Origin: an uncultured Clostridia bacterium
Lineage (GTDB): Bacteria > Bacillota > Clostridia > Christensenellales > UBA1242
Direction: 5' to 3'
Assembly (NCBI GenBank): GCA_944381195.1
Contig: CALWKH010000002.1
Coordinates: 1-36,420, forward strand
Length of the DNA stretch: 36,420 bases
In this document: positions 26,471 through 34,137 of the stretch, piece by piece
How positions within the stretch are numbered: position 1 is the first letter of the stretch
How the letters are laid out: each line of letters starts with the position of its first letter
Position numbers and translations under genes: made by a program
Notes under the pieces: model-generated
What the model was told of the DNA's origin: nothing
The model's database searches: none
The model's input: the letters and a program-made list of their open reading frames with translations, nothing else

Positions 26471-26984
26471 CTCTTGTTTTTTCTTTTTTGAGAGGAAAGG
26501 TTAGGGCATCGGCAATGGTCTTTGCAAGTTTGTCTACCATTGCCATTTTGGTGATAATCAAATTGTTAAACTCATTAAAAGTGCTACAAACACCAAACAG
26601 AAAAAAGTCGGCACTTATATCAAGTTTTTTCAGCCGTGGGTTAAGTGGTTTATAGTTTTCGGCAAAGACAATTTTGCCCAGTCTTGATTTTGTTGGCGAA
26701 ACACTGGCGTCAATGATTAAAAGTTTTTGTGCAGGGTGAGTTTTTTTGATGAACTCATATGCTTCTTTAATGTTTGACGCATCAATGTTTGCTTGCAAAC
26801 AACCATAGACAAAGTTTGGATAGCCATTTTTCACAAGATAACTTCCACAAAGTGGTCCCATGCAATCTTCAATTACTCTGTCATTTCCAAGGCATAAAAC
26901 AACGGGGAAGTCTTGCAATGCAGAAAATATTTCTGATGAAATTTTATCTGTTGGTGTTCCAAAAGCAGACCAAAATGCGTTCAT
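26457..26984 (-). CDS. yyaC: YyaC-like putative sporulation protease (DUF1256 / GPR-related family)
   Basis: 175-aa ORF with an AAAGGAG SD. VVLCLGNDRVIEDCMGPLCGSYL resembles, from memory, the CIGTDRSTGDxLGPLVG signature of Bacillus YyaC. Size and overall layout fit that family. Confidence 0.65.
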   Translation of the reverse strand: MNAFWSAFGTPTDKISSEIFSALQDFPVVLCLGNDRVIEDCMGPLCGSYLVKNGYPNFVYGCLQANIDASNIKEAYEFIKKTHPAQKLLIIDASVSPTKSRLGKIVFAENYKPLNPRLKKLDISADFFLFGVCSTFNEFNNLIITKMAMVDKLAKTIADALTFPLKKEKTRENAF

Positions 26985-27161
26985 TATTTTCTCCTTTTAC
27001 AAAATTATTCTCACAAAAAAGAAAAAAATAACAAAAAATTTAATTTTAATCAACTATTTAAACTAAAATGAAAAATGTGGAAAAAATTGTCACATTTTTT
27101 AAATTGGAGAAATAATTATATAAATGTATTTTTTATGTTTGTAATTTGGGGGTTAGTATAA

Positions 27162-27228
27162 TTTTTTTTGTGGGCTGACGCCCGCAAGGAGTGAAACTCC
27201 TTGACCTATCTTGACACAAAATAAACTT
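27162..27228 (-). repeat. Structured intergenic repeat, copy C (inverted orientation)
   Basis: The reverse complement reads ttttgtGTCAAGATAGGTCAAGGAGtttcaCTCCTTGCGGGCgtcaGCCCACAAAAAAAA. Confidence 0.85.
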
Positions 27229-27304
27229 AGTGGACAAAAGTAATATGTAAACTATAACCAAGTTCACTTTTTGTTTTTAATTATATAAATTTTTATATCA
27301 AGAC

Positions 27305-27330
27305 TTTTTTGTGGGTTTCCCACAGAAAAA
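27305..27330. repeat. Short hairpin unit D (T6-GTGGG-TTT-CCCAC-AGA5)
   Basis: ttttttGTGGGtttCCCACagaaaaa forms a hairpin of about 12 bp once the flanking T/A runs are included. Confidence 0.65.
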
Positions 27331-27398
27331 GGTTTTAAAACAATGTTTTTACACAAGCAGAAAAATATTAAAAAGTTTGTTGGTCATTTTTTTACTCA

Positions 27399-27464
27399 CT
27401 TAACTTTTTTGGAGCCATAAATCAGGTCAAGGAAATTTGTTCCTTGCGGGCGTCAGCCCACACA
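27399..27464 (+). repeat. Structured intergenic repeat, copy E
   Basis: cttaacttttttGGAGCCATAAATCAGGTCAAGGAAatttgTTCCTTGCGGGCgtcaGCCCACACA. Confidence 0.85.
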
Positions 27465-27523
27465 TAAATTCTTTTCTTTTATCAAACATTTTTTCTTTAT
27501 TTTTACGCTTGTTTTTTTTTGCT

Positions 27524-27532
27524 TGTTATGAT
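27524..27532 (+). promoter_or_regulatory. Extended -10 element upstream of cvpA
   Basis: TGtTATGAT at 27524-27532. The -35 is poor (TTACGC about 18 nt upstream). AAGGGGGA SD at 27544-27551 and ATG at 27561. Confidence 0.4.
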
Positions 27533-27560
27533 ATTCTTTTTTCAAGGGGGAACGCCATAG

Positions 27561-28232
27561 ATGCCTTGGTTGGATATTTTAATCATTTTCATATTGGTGC
27601 TTTGTGCTCTTATTGGACTGATTAGGGGCTTTTTGCGAAGTATCATTTCGCTTTGTTCAACACTGGTAACTTTGGTGCTTGCAATTTGGCTTGCAAAACC
27701 ACTCAGTGGCGTGATTGATGGTTGGTTTGGTCTCAGCGGAGCAATTGCGTCATCATTAGAACCAACATTTTTGAACTTTTTTGCAACAAATGACACTTCG
27801 TCTGGTTGGGTTGCGCAACTGATTTCTATTTTCTTGGGCTCTGGATATATGGAGTCAAGTCCACCAGCCGAACAAATTGCAGTTGACTTTTCATCTGCGG
27901 TTGGCAGTGTTATCACCATAATTATATGTGCTGTGGTCCTTTATATTTTAATCAGAGTTTTGCTTTGGGTGCTTTCAAGACTGTTTCGAAAAATCACACG
28001 CAACAGAACAATTGGTGCTGTTGACCGCATTTTAGGAACGGTGATTGGCGTTGCAAAAGGGTTTTTATATATCTTCATAGCCCTTGGCATAATTTTCCTG
28101 CTTGGCAGTTTTATAACTCCACTTGGTGCTTGGGTGGACAACATGATTGGGCAAAACACAATTACAAACGCTTTCTACGGCTGGACATCAGATTTCATGC
28201 AAAACACCTTGCTTCCATTCTTCTTTGGATAG
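27561..28232 (+). CDS. cvpA: CvpA (colicin V production / DedE) family membrane protein
   Basis: 223-aa polytopic membrane protein. The N-terminus MPWLDILIIFILVLCALIGLIRGFLRSIISL matches the CvpA-family start (D-hydrophobic helix-G-x-x-RGF). Confidence 0.8.
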   Translation: MPWLDILIIFILVLCALIGLIRGFLRSIISLCSTLVTLVLAIWLAKPLSGVIDGWFGLSGAIASSLEPTFLNFFATNDTSSGWVAQLISIFLGSGYMESSPPAEQIAVDFSSAVGSVITIIICAVVLYILIRVLLWVLSRLFRKITRNRTIGAVDRILGTVIGVAKGFLYIFIALGIIFLLGSFITPLGAWVDNMIGQNTITNAFYGWTSDFMQNTLLPFFFG

Positions 28233-28261
28233 CAATGGTAAATCATTTTTCACAAAATTTC

Positions 28262-28285
28262 AAAAAGGCGCAAAGCCTTTTTTTG
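28262..28285 (+). terminator. Intrinsic terminator after cvpA
   Basis: AAAAAGGC-GCAAA-GCCTTTTT followed by TTTG. Confidence 0.65.
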
Positions 28286-28355
28286 TTTAAAGTTTAGTCG
28301 CTTAAAATTGTTAAATGTGAAGCGAAGATTTGTATTTTATTAAATATATTATTTT

Positions 28356-28420
28356 AAAAATCTTGAAAATTCTTAATTAAAAAACTTCAAAATTCTTATT
28401 GAAAAACTTGAAATTTTTTT
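28356..28420. repeat. Three tandem units of about 23 bp, about 480 bp upstream of spo0A
   Basis: aaaaatcttgaaaattcttaatt / aaaaaacttcaaaattcttattg / aaaaacttgaaattttttt. Confidence 0.5.
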
Positions 28421-28746
28421 CATTTAAAAATCAAATAAAATTATGTTAACTTTTCTAAAAAAATTGTCATTTAATTTTTGATTTTTAATTATAGGTTGTT
28501 TATAAAATTTTTGTTAATTTTTTTGTTGCGGTATTTTAGTTTTTAAAGAAAACAAAACTGTTTATGATATCAATATAATTTAACAGATTTTTTATAAAAA
28601 TGCATTTTCTTGTTAAAATTTGCAAGAAAGATATAAAAAATGTTGGGCAAAGCCACAAAAACAAAGTTCGTGAAAAACAAACATCAAACAATAAAATCTG
28701 CATAAAAATTGAACATTTATGCCTTTTAATTTATTAAAATATTCCC

Positions 28747-28753
28747 TTCGACA
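28747..28753 (-). promoter_or_regulatory. Candidate Spo0A box (TGTCGAA on the minus strand) upstream of spo0A
   Basis: TTCGACA at 28747-28753 is the reverse complement of the canonical 0A box TGTCGAA. It lies about 145 nt upstream of the spo0A start, consistent with the autoregulation known in Bacillus and Clostridium. It is a single 7-mer, so a chance match is possible. Confidence 0.35.
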
Positions 28754-28894
28754 AGAATTGATAAAGTTAGAAATTTTTGGTTATTTTTCCCAAAATTTTT
28801 CCCGTGCGAAAATATGCCAAAACAAAAATCATTATGCTAAGATTAAAACACAAAGCCAACGAGGCATATTAAAAAATTTGGAGGATATTATAAA

Positions 28895-29689
28895 ATGGAA
28901 AAGATAAAACTTATCATAATTGACGACAGTCAGCAAATGAAAACCATGGCAAGAGAGCATTTCTCTGAGCATGAGAAAATTGAACTTATAAAGGAAATCA
29001 ATGACGGACAAAATGCCGTGCAAGAGGTAAAAGAGGCTTGTCCTGATGTTGTTCTTCTTGACCTGGTGCTACCGAACAAAGACGGCTATGCTGTTTTGGA
29101 GGAGTTAACCGAACTTGAAAAAGTTCCAAAAATTATCATTTGCACCGCCCTTTCAAGTGCAAATTTTGTGCACAAGGCAATGCAAATGGGTGCAAACTAT
29201 TTTCTTGTTAAGCCTTGCAGTGAAGGCGACCTTGACCGTGTGATTTTTGAGCAAACCGAAACTTCTCCGTTAAGCAACAAACAACAGGCAAAGGTTCAAG
29301 CGGTTATGGAGCAATATGGCAATGTGGGAAGAATTACGCACAAAAACATGGACGAGCGCATTTCAAACATTTTTATCACAGTTGGAATTCCCGCACATAT
29401 CAAGGGGTATCAATTTTTGCGTGAGGCAATCAAAATGACAATTGATACGCCAGACATCATCAACAGCATAACCAAGAAACTCTATCCAAACATTGCAGAG
29501 CGTTTTTCAACCAGTCCAAGCAAAGTTGAGCGTGCAATCAGACACGCAATTGAAGTTGCGTGGAACAGGGGTAAAATTGAAAACATCAATTCTGTTTTTG
29601 GACTGCCTGTTTATGATGCAAACGAAAAGCCAACAAATGGTGAATTTATCGCCTTGGTGGCTGATAAGATGCTGATTGAGTCTGCTTGA
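28895..29689 (+). CDS. spo0A: Stage 0 sporulation response regulator Spo0A
   Basis: The receiver domain has KLIIIDDSQQ and DVVLLDLVLPNKDG (phospho-acceptor Asp). The Spo0A-specific C-terminal DNA-binding domain has ISNIFITVGIPAHIKGYQFLREAI and SKVERAIRHAIEVAWNRG. GGAGGA SD at 28880-28885. Confidence 0.95.
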   Translation: MEKIKLIIIDDSQQMKTMAREHFSEHEKIELIKEINDGQNAVQEVKEACPDVVLLDLVLPNKDGYAVLEELTELEKVPKIIICTALSSANFVHKAMQMGANYFLVKPCSEGDLDRVIFEQTETSPLSNKQQAKVQAVMEQYGNVGRITHKNMDERISNIFITVGIPAHIKGYQFLREAIKMTIDTPDIINSITKKLYPNIAERFSTSPSKVERAIRHAIEVAWNRGKIENINSVFGLPVYDANEKPTNGEFIALVADKMLIESA

Positions 29690-29715
29690 AGGTGCCAGTT
29701 GGGCGCCTTTTTTTG
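29690..29715 (+). terminator. Intrinsic terminator after spo0A
   Basis: AGGTGCC-AGTT-GGGCGCCT (one G-U pair) followed by T6. Confidence 0.7.
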
Positions 29716-29875
29716 TTAAAAAATTATGTTTAAAAATTTAAAAATTATGCAACATATTTTTTATGAAATAACCAAAAAAGGTGTTATTTTAATGCGAAAT
29801 GCTGTTAAAAACGCTAAATTTTTTGAAAAAACTTGTAAATTTAGCAAAAAAATTCAAAAAAAGCCTCTTTTTTAG

Positions 29876-29904
29876 TGGACTTTTATAATTTATTAAACTA
29901 TAAT
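29876..29904 (+). promoter_or_regulatory. Sigma-A-type promoter for the zinc-ribbon/acidic protein gene
   Basis: TGGACT (29876-29881), 17-nt spacer, TATAAT (29899-29904). GGAGG SD at 29923-29927. Confidence 0.5.
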
Positions 29905-29936
29905 AAAGCAGATTTAATTTTTGGAGGTATTTAACT

Positions 29937-30509
29937 GTGGAAAACAAACAAGAAGGAATGCAATATATTCGTTGTCCACGCTGTGAACTTAACTTCATTT
30001 TAAAGAAGGATAAACTTTGTTCTGTTTGCAAGCGAGAAATAGAGTCAGCATATAAAAATGATGAAGATGATGGAGATATTGACCTTGGTGTTGATTTTGA
30101 AATCTGTCCGATTTGCAAGACAAACTATATCAGAGAGGACGAGGATATGTGCGCTTCTTGCCAAAAGGAACGAGAACTTGACCGTGCCCTTAATGGTGGT
30201 GATTTGCCCCCAGAAGAAGAGGATTTTGACAACTATGAAAACGACACCTTGAAAGATGATGATGAGTTTGGCGACATGATGGGCATTTCAGACGAAGATG
30301 ACCTTGGTGCTGACCTTGACGACCTTGATATTGACATTGGCATTGATGACGATGTTGATTTTGATGATGACGAACTTGATGATTTGGACGAAGATTTTGA
30401 CGATGATGATGACGATGATGATGACGAGGAAGACGACTTTGACGATGACCTTGACGACCTTGATGACGAAGATGACGATGATGAAGAGGACAACAAGAAA
30501 AAGAAATAG
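29937..30509 (+). CDS. Duplicated zinc-ribbon protein with a roughly 100-aa poly-Asp/Glu tail
   Basis: 190-aa ORF with a GTG start 9 nt after GGAGG. It has two copies of a CPxC-x11-CxxC module (C13/C16/C28/C31 and C57/C60/C72/C75). An almost pure D/E/L/F tail follows and ends in KKKK. ATG 29958 is an alternative start. Confidence 0.8.
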   Translation: MENKQEGMQYIRCPRCELNFILKKDKLCSVCKREIESAYKNDEDDGDIDLGVDFEICPICKTNYIREDEDMCASCQKERELDRALNGGDLPPEEEDFDNYENDTLKDDDEFGDMMGISDEDDLGADLDDLDIDIGIDDDVDFDDDELDDLDEDFDDDDDDDDDEEDDFDDDLDDLDDEDDDDEEDNKKKK

Positions 30510-30703
30510 TCTTTGTTAGTTTTTAAATTGACTTAAAAAAAGTGATAAAATTTTTGTTGCTTTTTTGGATAGTTTTAATAAAATCTTTGACAATTTTTTG
30601 AAGGTCTTTAAGTTTGATTTTGATTTAAGATTTAAAATTCGAGAGTTAAAAGTTTGTTTGATAAGTAACCATTGATTTTCAAAATTTTGTGTATAATAAA
30701 GTA

Positions 30704-30785
30704 GAATCTGCAGGGCTGATGGTGTGGGTTATTGTGAACCTGTTACTATTGGTAACTTGATTAGTTCAAGTTGTAGATTTTTTTG
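30704..30785 (+). ncRNA. Candidate structured small RNA (four-way junction closed by the terminator-like helix)
   Basis: TATAAT at 30692-30697, with no good -35. AATCTGCA (30705-30712) pairs with TGTAGATT (30772-30779) and is followed by a T-run. Inside are GGTT/AACC (30727-30740), GTTAC/GTAAC (30742-30756) and TTGA/TCAA (30757-30769) hairpins. It does not fit a canonical tRNA. Confidence 0.35.
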
Positions 30786-30840
30786 TTTTTAAAAATATTT
30801 TGCAGCGATTGGTGCAAAGTGCGTTAACAAAAATTGTTTT

Positions 30841-31090
30841 GATTTTTCATCTTGCAAGCACATCTTTTTGTTTTTTCCTGTTGTAAGAATTTTTTGTTTT
30901 GATTTTTTCTGGCAGGCAATTTTTTATTTTAATTTGATTTTTCCGTCTTGCAAAATTTCTGTTAAATTTTATTTTGGTTGCTTTTTAAAATCTTTTGTTT
31001 TAATTTTTATTTTTTCTTTAAAAGCATTTTTTGTTTTAAATTTATTTTTTCCGTCTTGCAAAATTTCTTTTTAAATTTTATTTGGCTTGC
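30841..31090 (+). repeat. Three direct repeats upstream of polA
   Basis: GATTTTTCATCTTGCAAG at 30841, GATTTTTCCGTCTTGCAAAATTTCT at 30936 and ATTTTTTCCGTCTTGCAAAATTTCT at 31044. A 23-nt exact match links 30938-30960 and 31046-31068. Flanks are similar for about 50 nt, and the spacings are 95 and 108 bp. Confidence 0.6.
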
Positions 31091-31171
31091 TTTGCAAATT
31101 TTTTATTTTAATTGCTTTTCTGTTTTGCTTTAAGTATTTTTGTTTTGGCTTGATTTTTGCTAGCTTTTAAG

Positions 31172-31200
31172 TTGTAAAAATTTAACAATTAGTTTATAAT
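31172..31200 (+). promoter_or_regulatory. Sigma-A-type promoter for polA
   Basis: TTGTAA (31172-31177), 17-nt spacer, TATAAT (31195-31200). AAGGAG SD at 31207-31212. Confidence 0.6.
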
Positions 31201-31218
31201 TAACAAAAGGAGTTTTTT

Positions 31219-33714
31219 ATGAACAAAATTTTTATCATTGATGGAAACAGTTTGATTAACCGTGCATACTATGCGCTTCCACCACTTGCCACAAAAAGCG
31301 GGGAGGTGTATAACGCAGTTTTTGGTTTTGTTAACATTGTGATTAAACTTATCACTGAAAACAATCCAACGCATTTGGTTGTTGCATTTGATGCGGGCAA
31401 AAAAACTTTTAGAAATGACCTTTTTGAAGGCTATAAGGCAACGCGCAAGAAAATGCCAGACGAACTGGCAAGTCAACTTGCTCCACTTAAAGATTTGCTT
31501 CACAAAATGAACATCAAAACAATTGAAAAACTGGGAATTGAGGCTGACGACATTATTGGCACTTTGGTTAAGAATTTAAACTATCCGTCAGTTGTTGTAA
31601 CGGGTGACCGTGACTGCTTGCAACTGATTGACTCAAATTGCGAAGTTTGGCTCACTAAACACGGAATTTCAAGCATTATAAGTTATAACGAGCGCCAACT
31701 TAAAGAAGATATGGGGCTTTCTCCATTGCAAATTATTGACCTTAAAAGTTTAATGGGCGACAGCAGTGATAACATTCCTGGTGTTGCGGGAATTGGGGAA
31801 AAAACTGCAAAAGACTTGCTTGCAAAATATCAAACCTTGCAGGGTGTTTATGATAACATTGATAATGTCACTGGCAAAACAAAGGAAAAACTTTTGGCGG
31901 ACAAAGACATGGCTTTTTTAAGTTATCGCCTTGCCACCATTGATACGCAAGCAAAGTTTGATTTTTCGCTTGACGAAATGAAAGTTGTTATGCCTTTTTC
32001 GCAGGAAGTTTTTGAAACCTTTAAGAAATATGAATTTAATTCCCTCCTTAAGCGTCAAGACCTTTTTGGCGAAGTGAAAGAAAAAGCAGAGCAGGTTTTG
32101 GTGCAAACAGAGGACATTGAAGATATAGAAAAACTTCACGAACTTTGCAAAGAAAAAGCAGTGGCATTTTTGGAAGATGAAAGCGGAGTTTTTGTGGCGT
32201 TTGAGAAAGACAAACAGTTTTTATATCACGGAAAGTTGGAAGATTTGAAACCACTTTTTCTAGATGAAAGCATAAAAAAAGTTTTCCACAAAAGTAAACC
32301 ACTTTTCCACAAACTTGACGGGCAAATTGATGACAATTTTTATGATGTGAGCATTGCTGTTTATCTTATCAACAGCAGTGCAAAAACAGACGACTTGGGC
32401 AGTATTTTGAATTTTCTTAACATCAATCAAACAGAAAGCGCATCGTCTCTTTTGTGTGCCTTTAAAACTTCGTGGAAAAAGTTGTTGGAACTTAATCTTG
32501 GAAATCTTTATTTCATGTTGGAATTGCCACTTGTGCGTGTGCTTTATCAAATGGAAAAAGACGGCGTTTGCGTTGACGAAAAGGTTTTGAACGAATTAAG
32601 TGAAAAATTTACGCAAGAGATTTTTGAAATCAAAAAGCAAATTTTCTATCTTGCAGACGAGGACTTCAATCTTAATTCGCCAAAACAACTTGCACACATT
32701 TTGTTTGATAAACTTAAACTTGAAGTGAAGGGCAACAAAAAGCAATCAACCTCGGTTACTGTTTTGGAGGCAATTAGAGGCAAGCATCCAATTGTTGAAC
32801 TTTTGCTTCATTATCGCACCATTTCAAAATTGCAATCGACCTACATTGACGGGCTTAGACCATTTATCAAAAATGGAAAAATTCACACCACCTTTAATCA
32901 AACACTCACCGTGACGGGCAGACTTTCCAGTGTTGAACCAAATTTGCAAAACATTCCAATTCGCACAAAAGAGGGCAGAGTTTTGAGAAAGATTTTTACC
33001 GCAAGCGAAGGGTGCGTGCTGATTTCTGCCGACTATTCACAAATTGAACTTCGACTTTTGGCACATTACAGCGGGGACTTCAATCTTTTGGAGGCATACA
33101 GGCAAAACAGAGACATTCACGCAGTGACTGCTTCGCAGATTTTCAACACTCCGCTTGAAAAGGTAACAAGTGAACAGCGCAGAATGGCAAAGGCGGTGAA
33201 CTTTGGAATTATCTATGGCATTTCGCCCTATGGTTTGTCTGTTGGTACGGGCATTTCTGTTGCTGAGGCAAAGAGATATATTGATAAATATTTTGAGATG
33301 TATCCAACAATCAAAAGTTTTCTTAATAAATCGGTGGAGGAGGTAAAGGAAAAGGGCTTTGTTTCATCTTTGTTCGGCAGGCGCAGAAACATCACCGAAG
33401 TTTATTCCACTAACCACAACGTTGCAATGTTTGGCGAGCGTGCGGCAATGAATATGCCACTTCAAGGCACAGCATCTGATATCATCAAACTTGCCATGCT
33501 TCAAATGAGTCAGCACATTGCGGGGCTGAAACTGAAAAGCAAACTTATTTTGCAAATTCATGACGAACTGATTTTTGATGTTCCAGAGGAAGAAAAAGAG
33601 CAGATGATGAAAATTATTAAAAGCACCATGGAAAATGTGGTTAAACTTGATGTGCCTCTTGTGGCAGAAGTATCTGTTGGCAAAAACTGGTTTGAATGTG
33701 ATGAAAAGAAGTAG
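31219..33714 (+). CDS. polA: DNA polymerase I (family A) with N-terminal 5'-nuclease domain
   Basis: 5'-nuclease motifs are IIDGNSLINRAYYA, GDRDCLQL and GVAGIGEKTA. Polymerase motifs are A (DYSQIELRLLAH), B (RRMAKAVNFGIIYG) and C (QIHDELIF). The middle domain lacks an obvious DxE ExoI motif, so the protein probably has no proofreading activity, as in Bacillus or Taq Pol I. Confidence 0.95.
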   Translation: MNKIFIIDGNSLINRAYYALPPLATKSGEVYNAVFGFVNIVIKLITENNPTHLVVAFDAGKKTFRNDLFEGYKATRKKMPDELASQLAPLKDLLHKMNIKTIEKLGIEADDIIGTLVKNLNYPSVVVTGDRDCLQLIDSNCEVWLTKHGISSIISYNERQLKEDMGLSPLQIIDLKSLMGDSSDNIPGVAGIGEKTAKDLLAKYQTLQGVYDNIDNVTGKTKEKLLADKDMAFLSYRLATIDTQAKFDFSLDEMKVVMPFSQEVFETFKKYEFNSLLKRQDLFGEVKEKAEQVLVQTEDIEDIEKLHELCKEKAVAFLEDESGVFVAFEKDKQFLYHGKLEDLKPLFLDESIKKVFHKSKPLFHKLDGQIDDNFYDVSIAVYLINSSAKTDDLGSILNFLNINQTESASSLLCAFKTSWKKLLELNLGNLYFMLELPLVRVLYQMEKDGVCVDEKVLNELSEKFTQEIFEIKKQIFYLADEDFNLNSPKQLAHILFDKLKLEVKGNKKQSTSVTVLEAIRGKHPIVELLLHYRTISKLQSTYIDGLRPFIKNGKIHTTFNQTLTVTGRLSSVEPNLQNIPIRTKEGRVLRKIFTASEGCVLISADYSQIELRLLAHYSGDFNLLEAYRQNRDIHAVTASQIFNTPLEKVTSEQRRMAKAVNFGIIYGISPYGLSVGTGISVAEAKRYIDKYFEMYPTIKSFLNKSVEEVKEKGFVSSLFGRRRNITEVYSTNHNVAMFGERAAMNMPLQGTASDIIKLAMLQMSQHIAGLKLKSKLILQIHDELIFDVPEEEKEQMMKIIKSTMENVVKLDVPLVAEVSVGKNWFECDEKK

Positions 33715-33799
33715 AAAACTGATGTTTTTGTATAATGAATAGGTATTTTGATATTTTTGTTTTTTAATTAGATACATTAAATAAGGAAAAAATAAAAAT

Positions 33800-33823
33800 G
33801 GACTTCAAAACAGTCCCTTTTTA
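33800..33823 (+). terminator. Possible terminator after polA (weak)
   Basis: GGACT-tcaaaac-AGTCC followed by CTTTTTATT. Confidence 0.35.
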
Positions 33824-33901
33824 TTAAAAGCATATTTGGAGCATATTGATAATTTAAGAAATTTATTTGCAAAAGTGTGAGGTGTAAAAAATTTTTGTTT
33901 T

Positions 33902-33968
33902 GAAAGAATGTTTGGAGCCAAGATAGGTCAAGGAAGGTTCCCTGCGGACTTGAGCGGAGCTCAAAAAA
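33902..33968 (+). repeat. Structured intergenic repeat, copy F (3' hairpin replaced)
   Basis: gaaagaatgtttGGAGCCAAGATAGGTCAAGGAAggTTCCCTGcggacTTGAGC-GGA-GCTCAAAAAA. The terminal hairpin is TTGAGC/GCTCAA instead of GCGGGC/GCCCAC. Confidence 0.75.
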
Positions 33969-34041
33969 GGTTTTTTAATTCTGGTAATGCTTTAATAAAG
34001 AAAAAAGATAAAATATTTTTTCTATTGCCATATTCATCTCT

Positions 34042-34113
34042 CAAACTTTTTTGGAGGCATGAATGGGCCAAGGGGACAACTCTTCTTGCGGGCGTCAGCC
34101 CACAAAACACCCC
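34042..34113 (+). repeat. Structured intergenic repeat, copy G
   Basis: caaacttttttGGAGGCATGAATGGGCCAAGGGGacaactCTTCTTGCGGGCgtcaGCCCACAAAACACCCC. Confidence 0.8.
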
Positions 34114-34137
34114 TTCATTGTAAAAAAGTTTTATTGT

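Noticed and set aside
27512-27520. T9 homopolymer in the cvpA promoter spacer, plus T8 tracts elsewhere, as possible phase-variation switches.
   Set aside because: The tracts are short, lie in generally T-rich DNA, and a single sequence gives no evidence of length variation.
30233-30496. 87-aa poly-Ser ORF on the minus strand, plus a +2-frame M/T/L-rich ORF at 30298-30519.
   Set aside because: These are mirror and frameshift artefacts of the GAT/GAC/GAA repeat that encodes the acidic tail of CDS 29937-30509.
30704-30785. Possible tRNA gene, suggested by a cloverleaf-like outline.
   Set aside because: There is no D-stem pairing, no GTTCRA T-loop, and the anticodon-like loop has 5 nt. The acceptor 3' strand runs straight into a T-tract without a discriminator/CCA context.
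26327-31140. CRISPR array, considered for the tandem repeats at 26327-26437, 28356-28420 and 30841-31090 and for the repeat clusters.
   Set aside because: Units are AT-only or irregularly spaced, there is no constant repeat with unique spacers of 30-40 nt, and no cas genes are present in the window.
33908-34123. 71-aa ORF spanning repeat copies F and G. Related cases are ORF 27437-27625 (shares the peptide LAGVSP) and ORF 5808-6092.
   Set aside because: The shared peptide is simply the translated GCGGGCGTCAGCCCAC hairpin. There is no SD, the ORFs start inside repeats, and their reading frames differ relative to the element.
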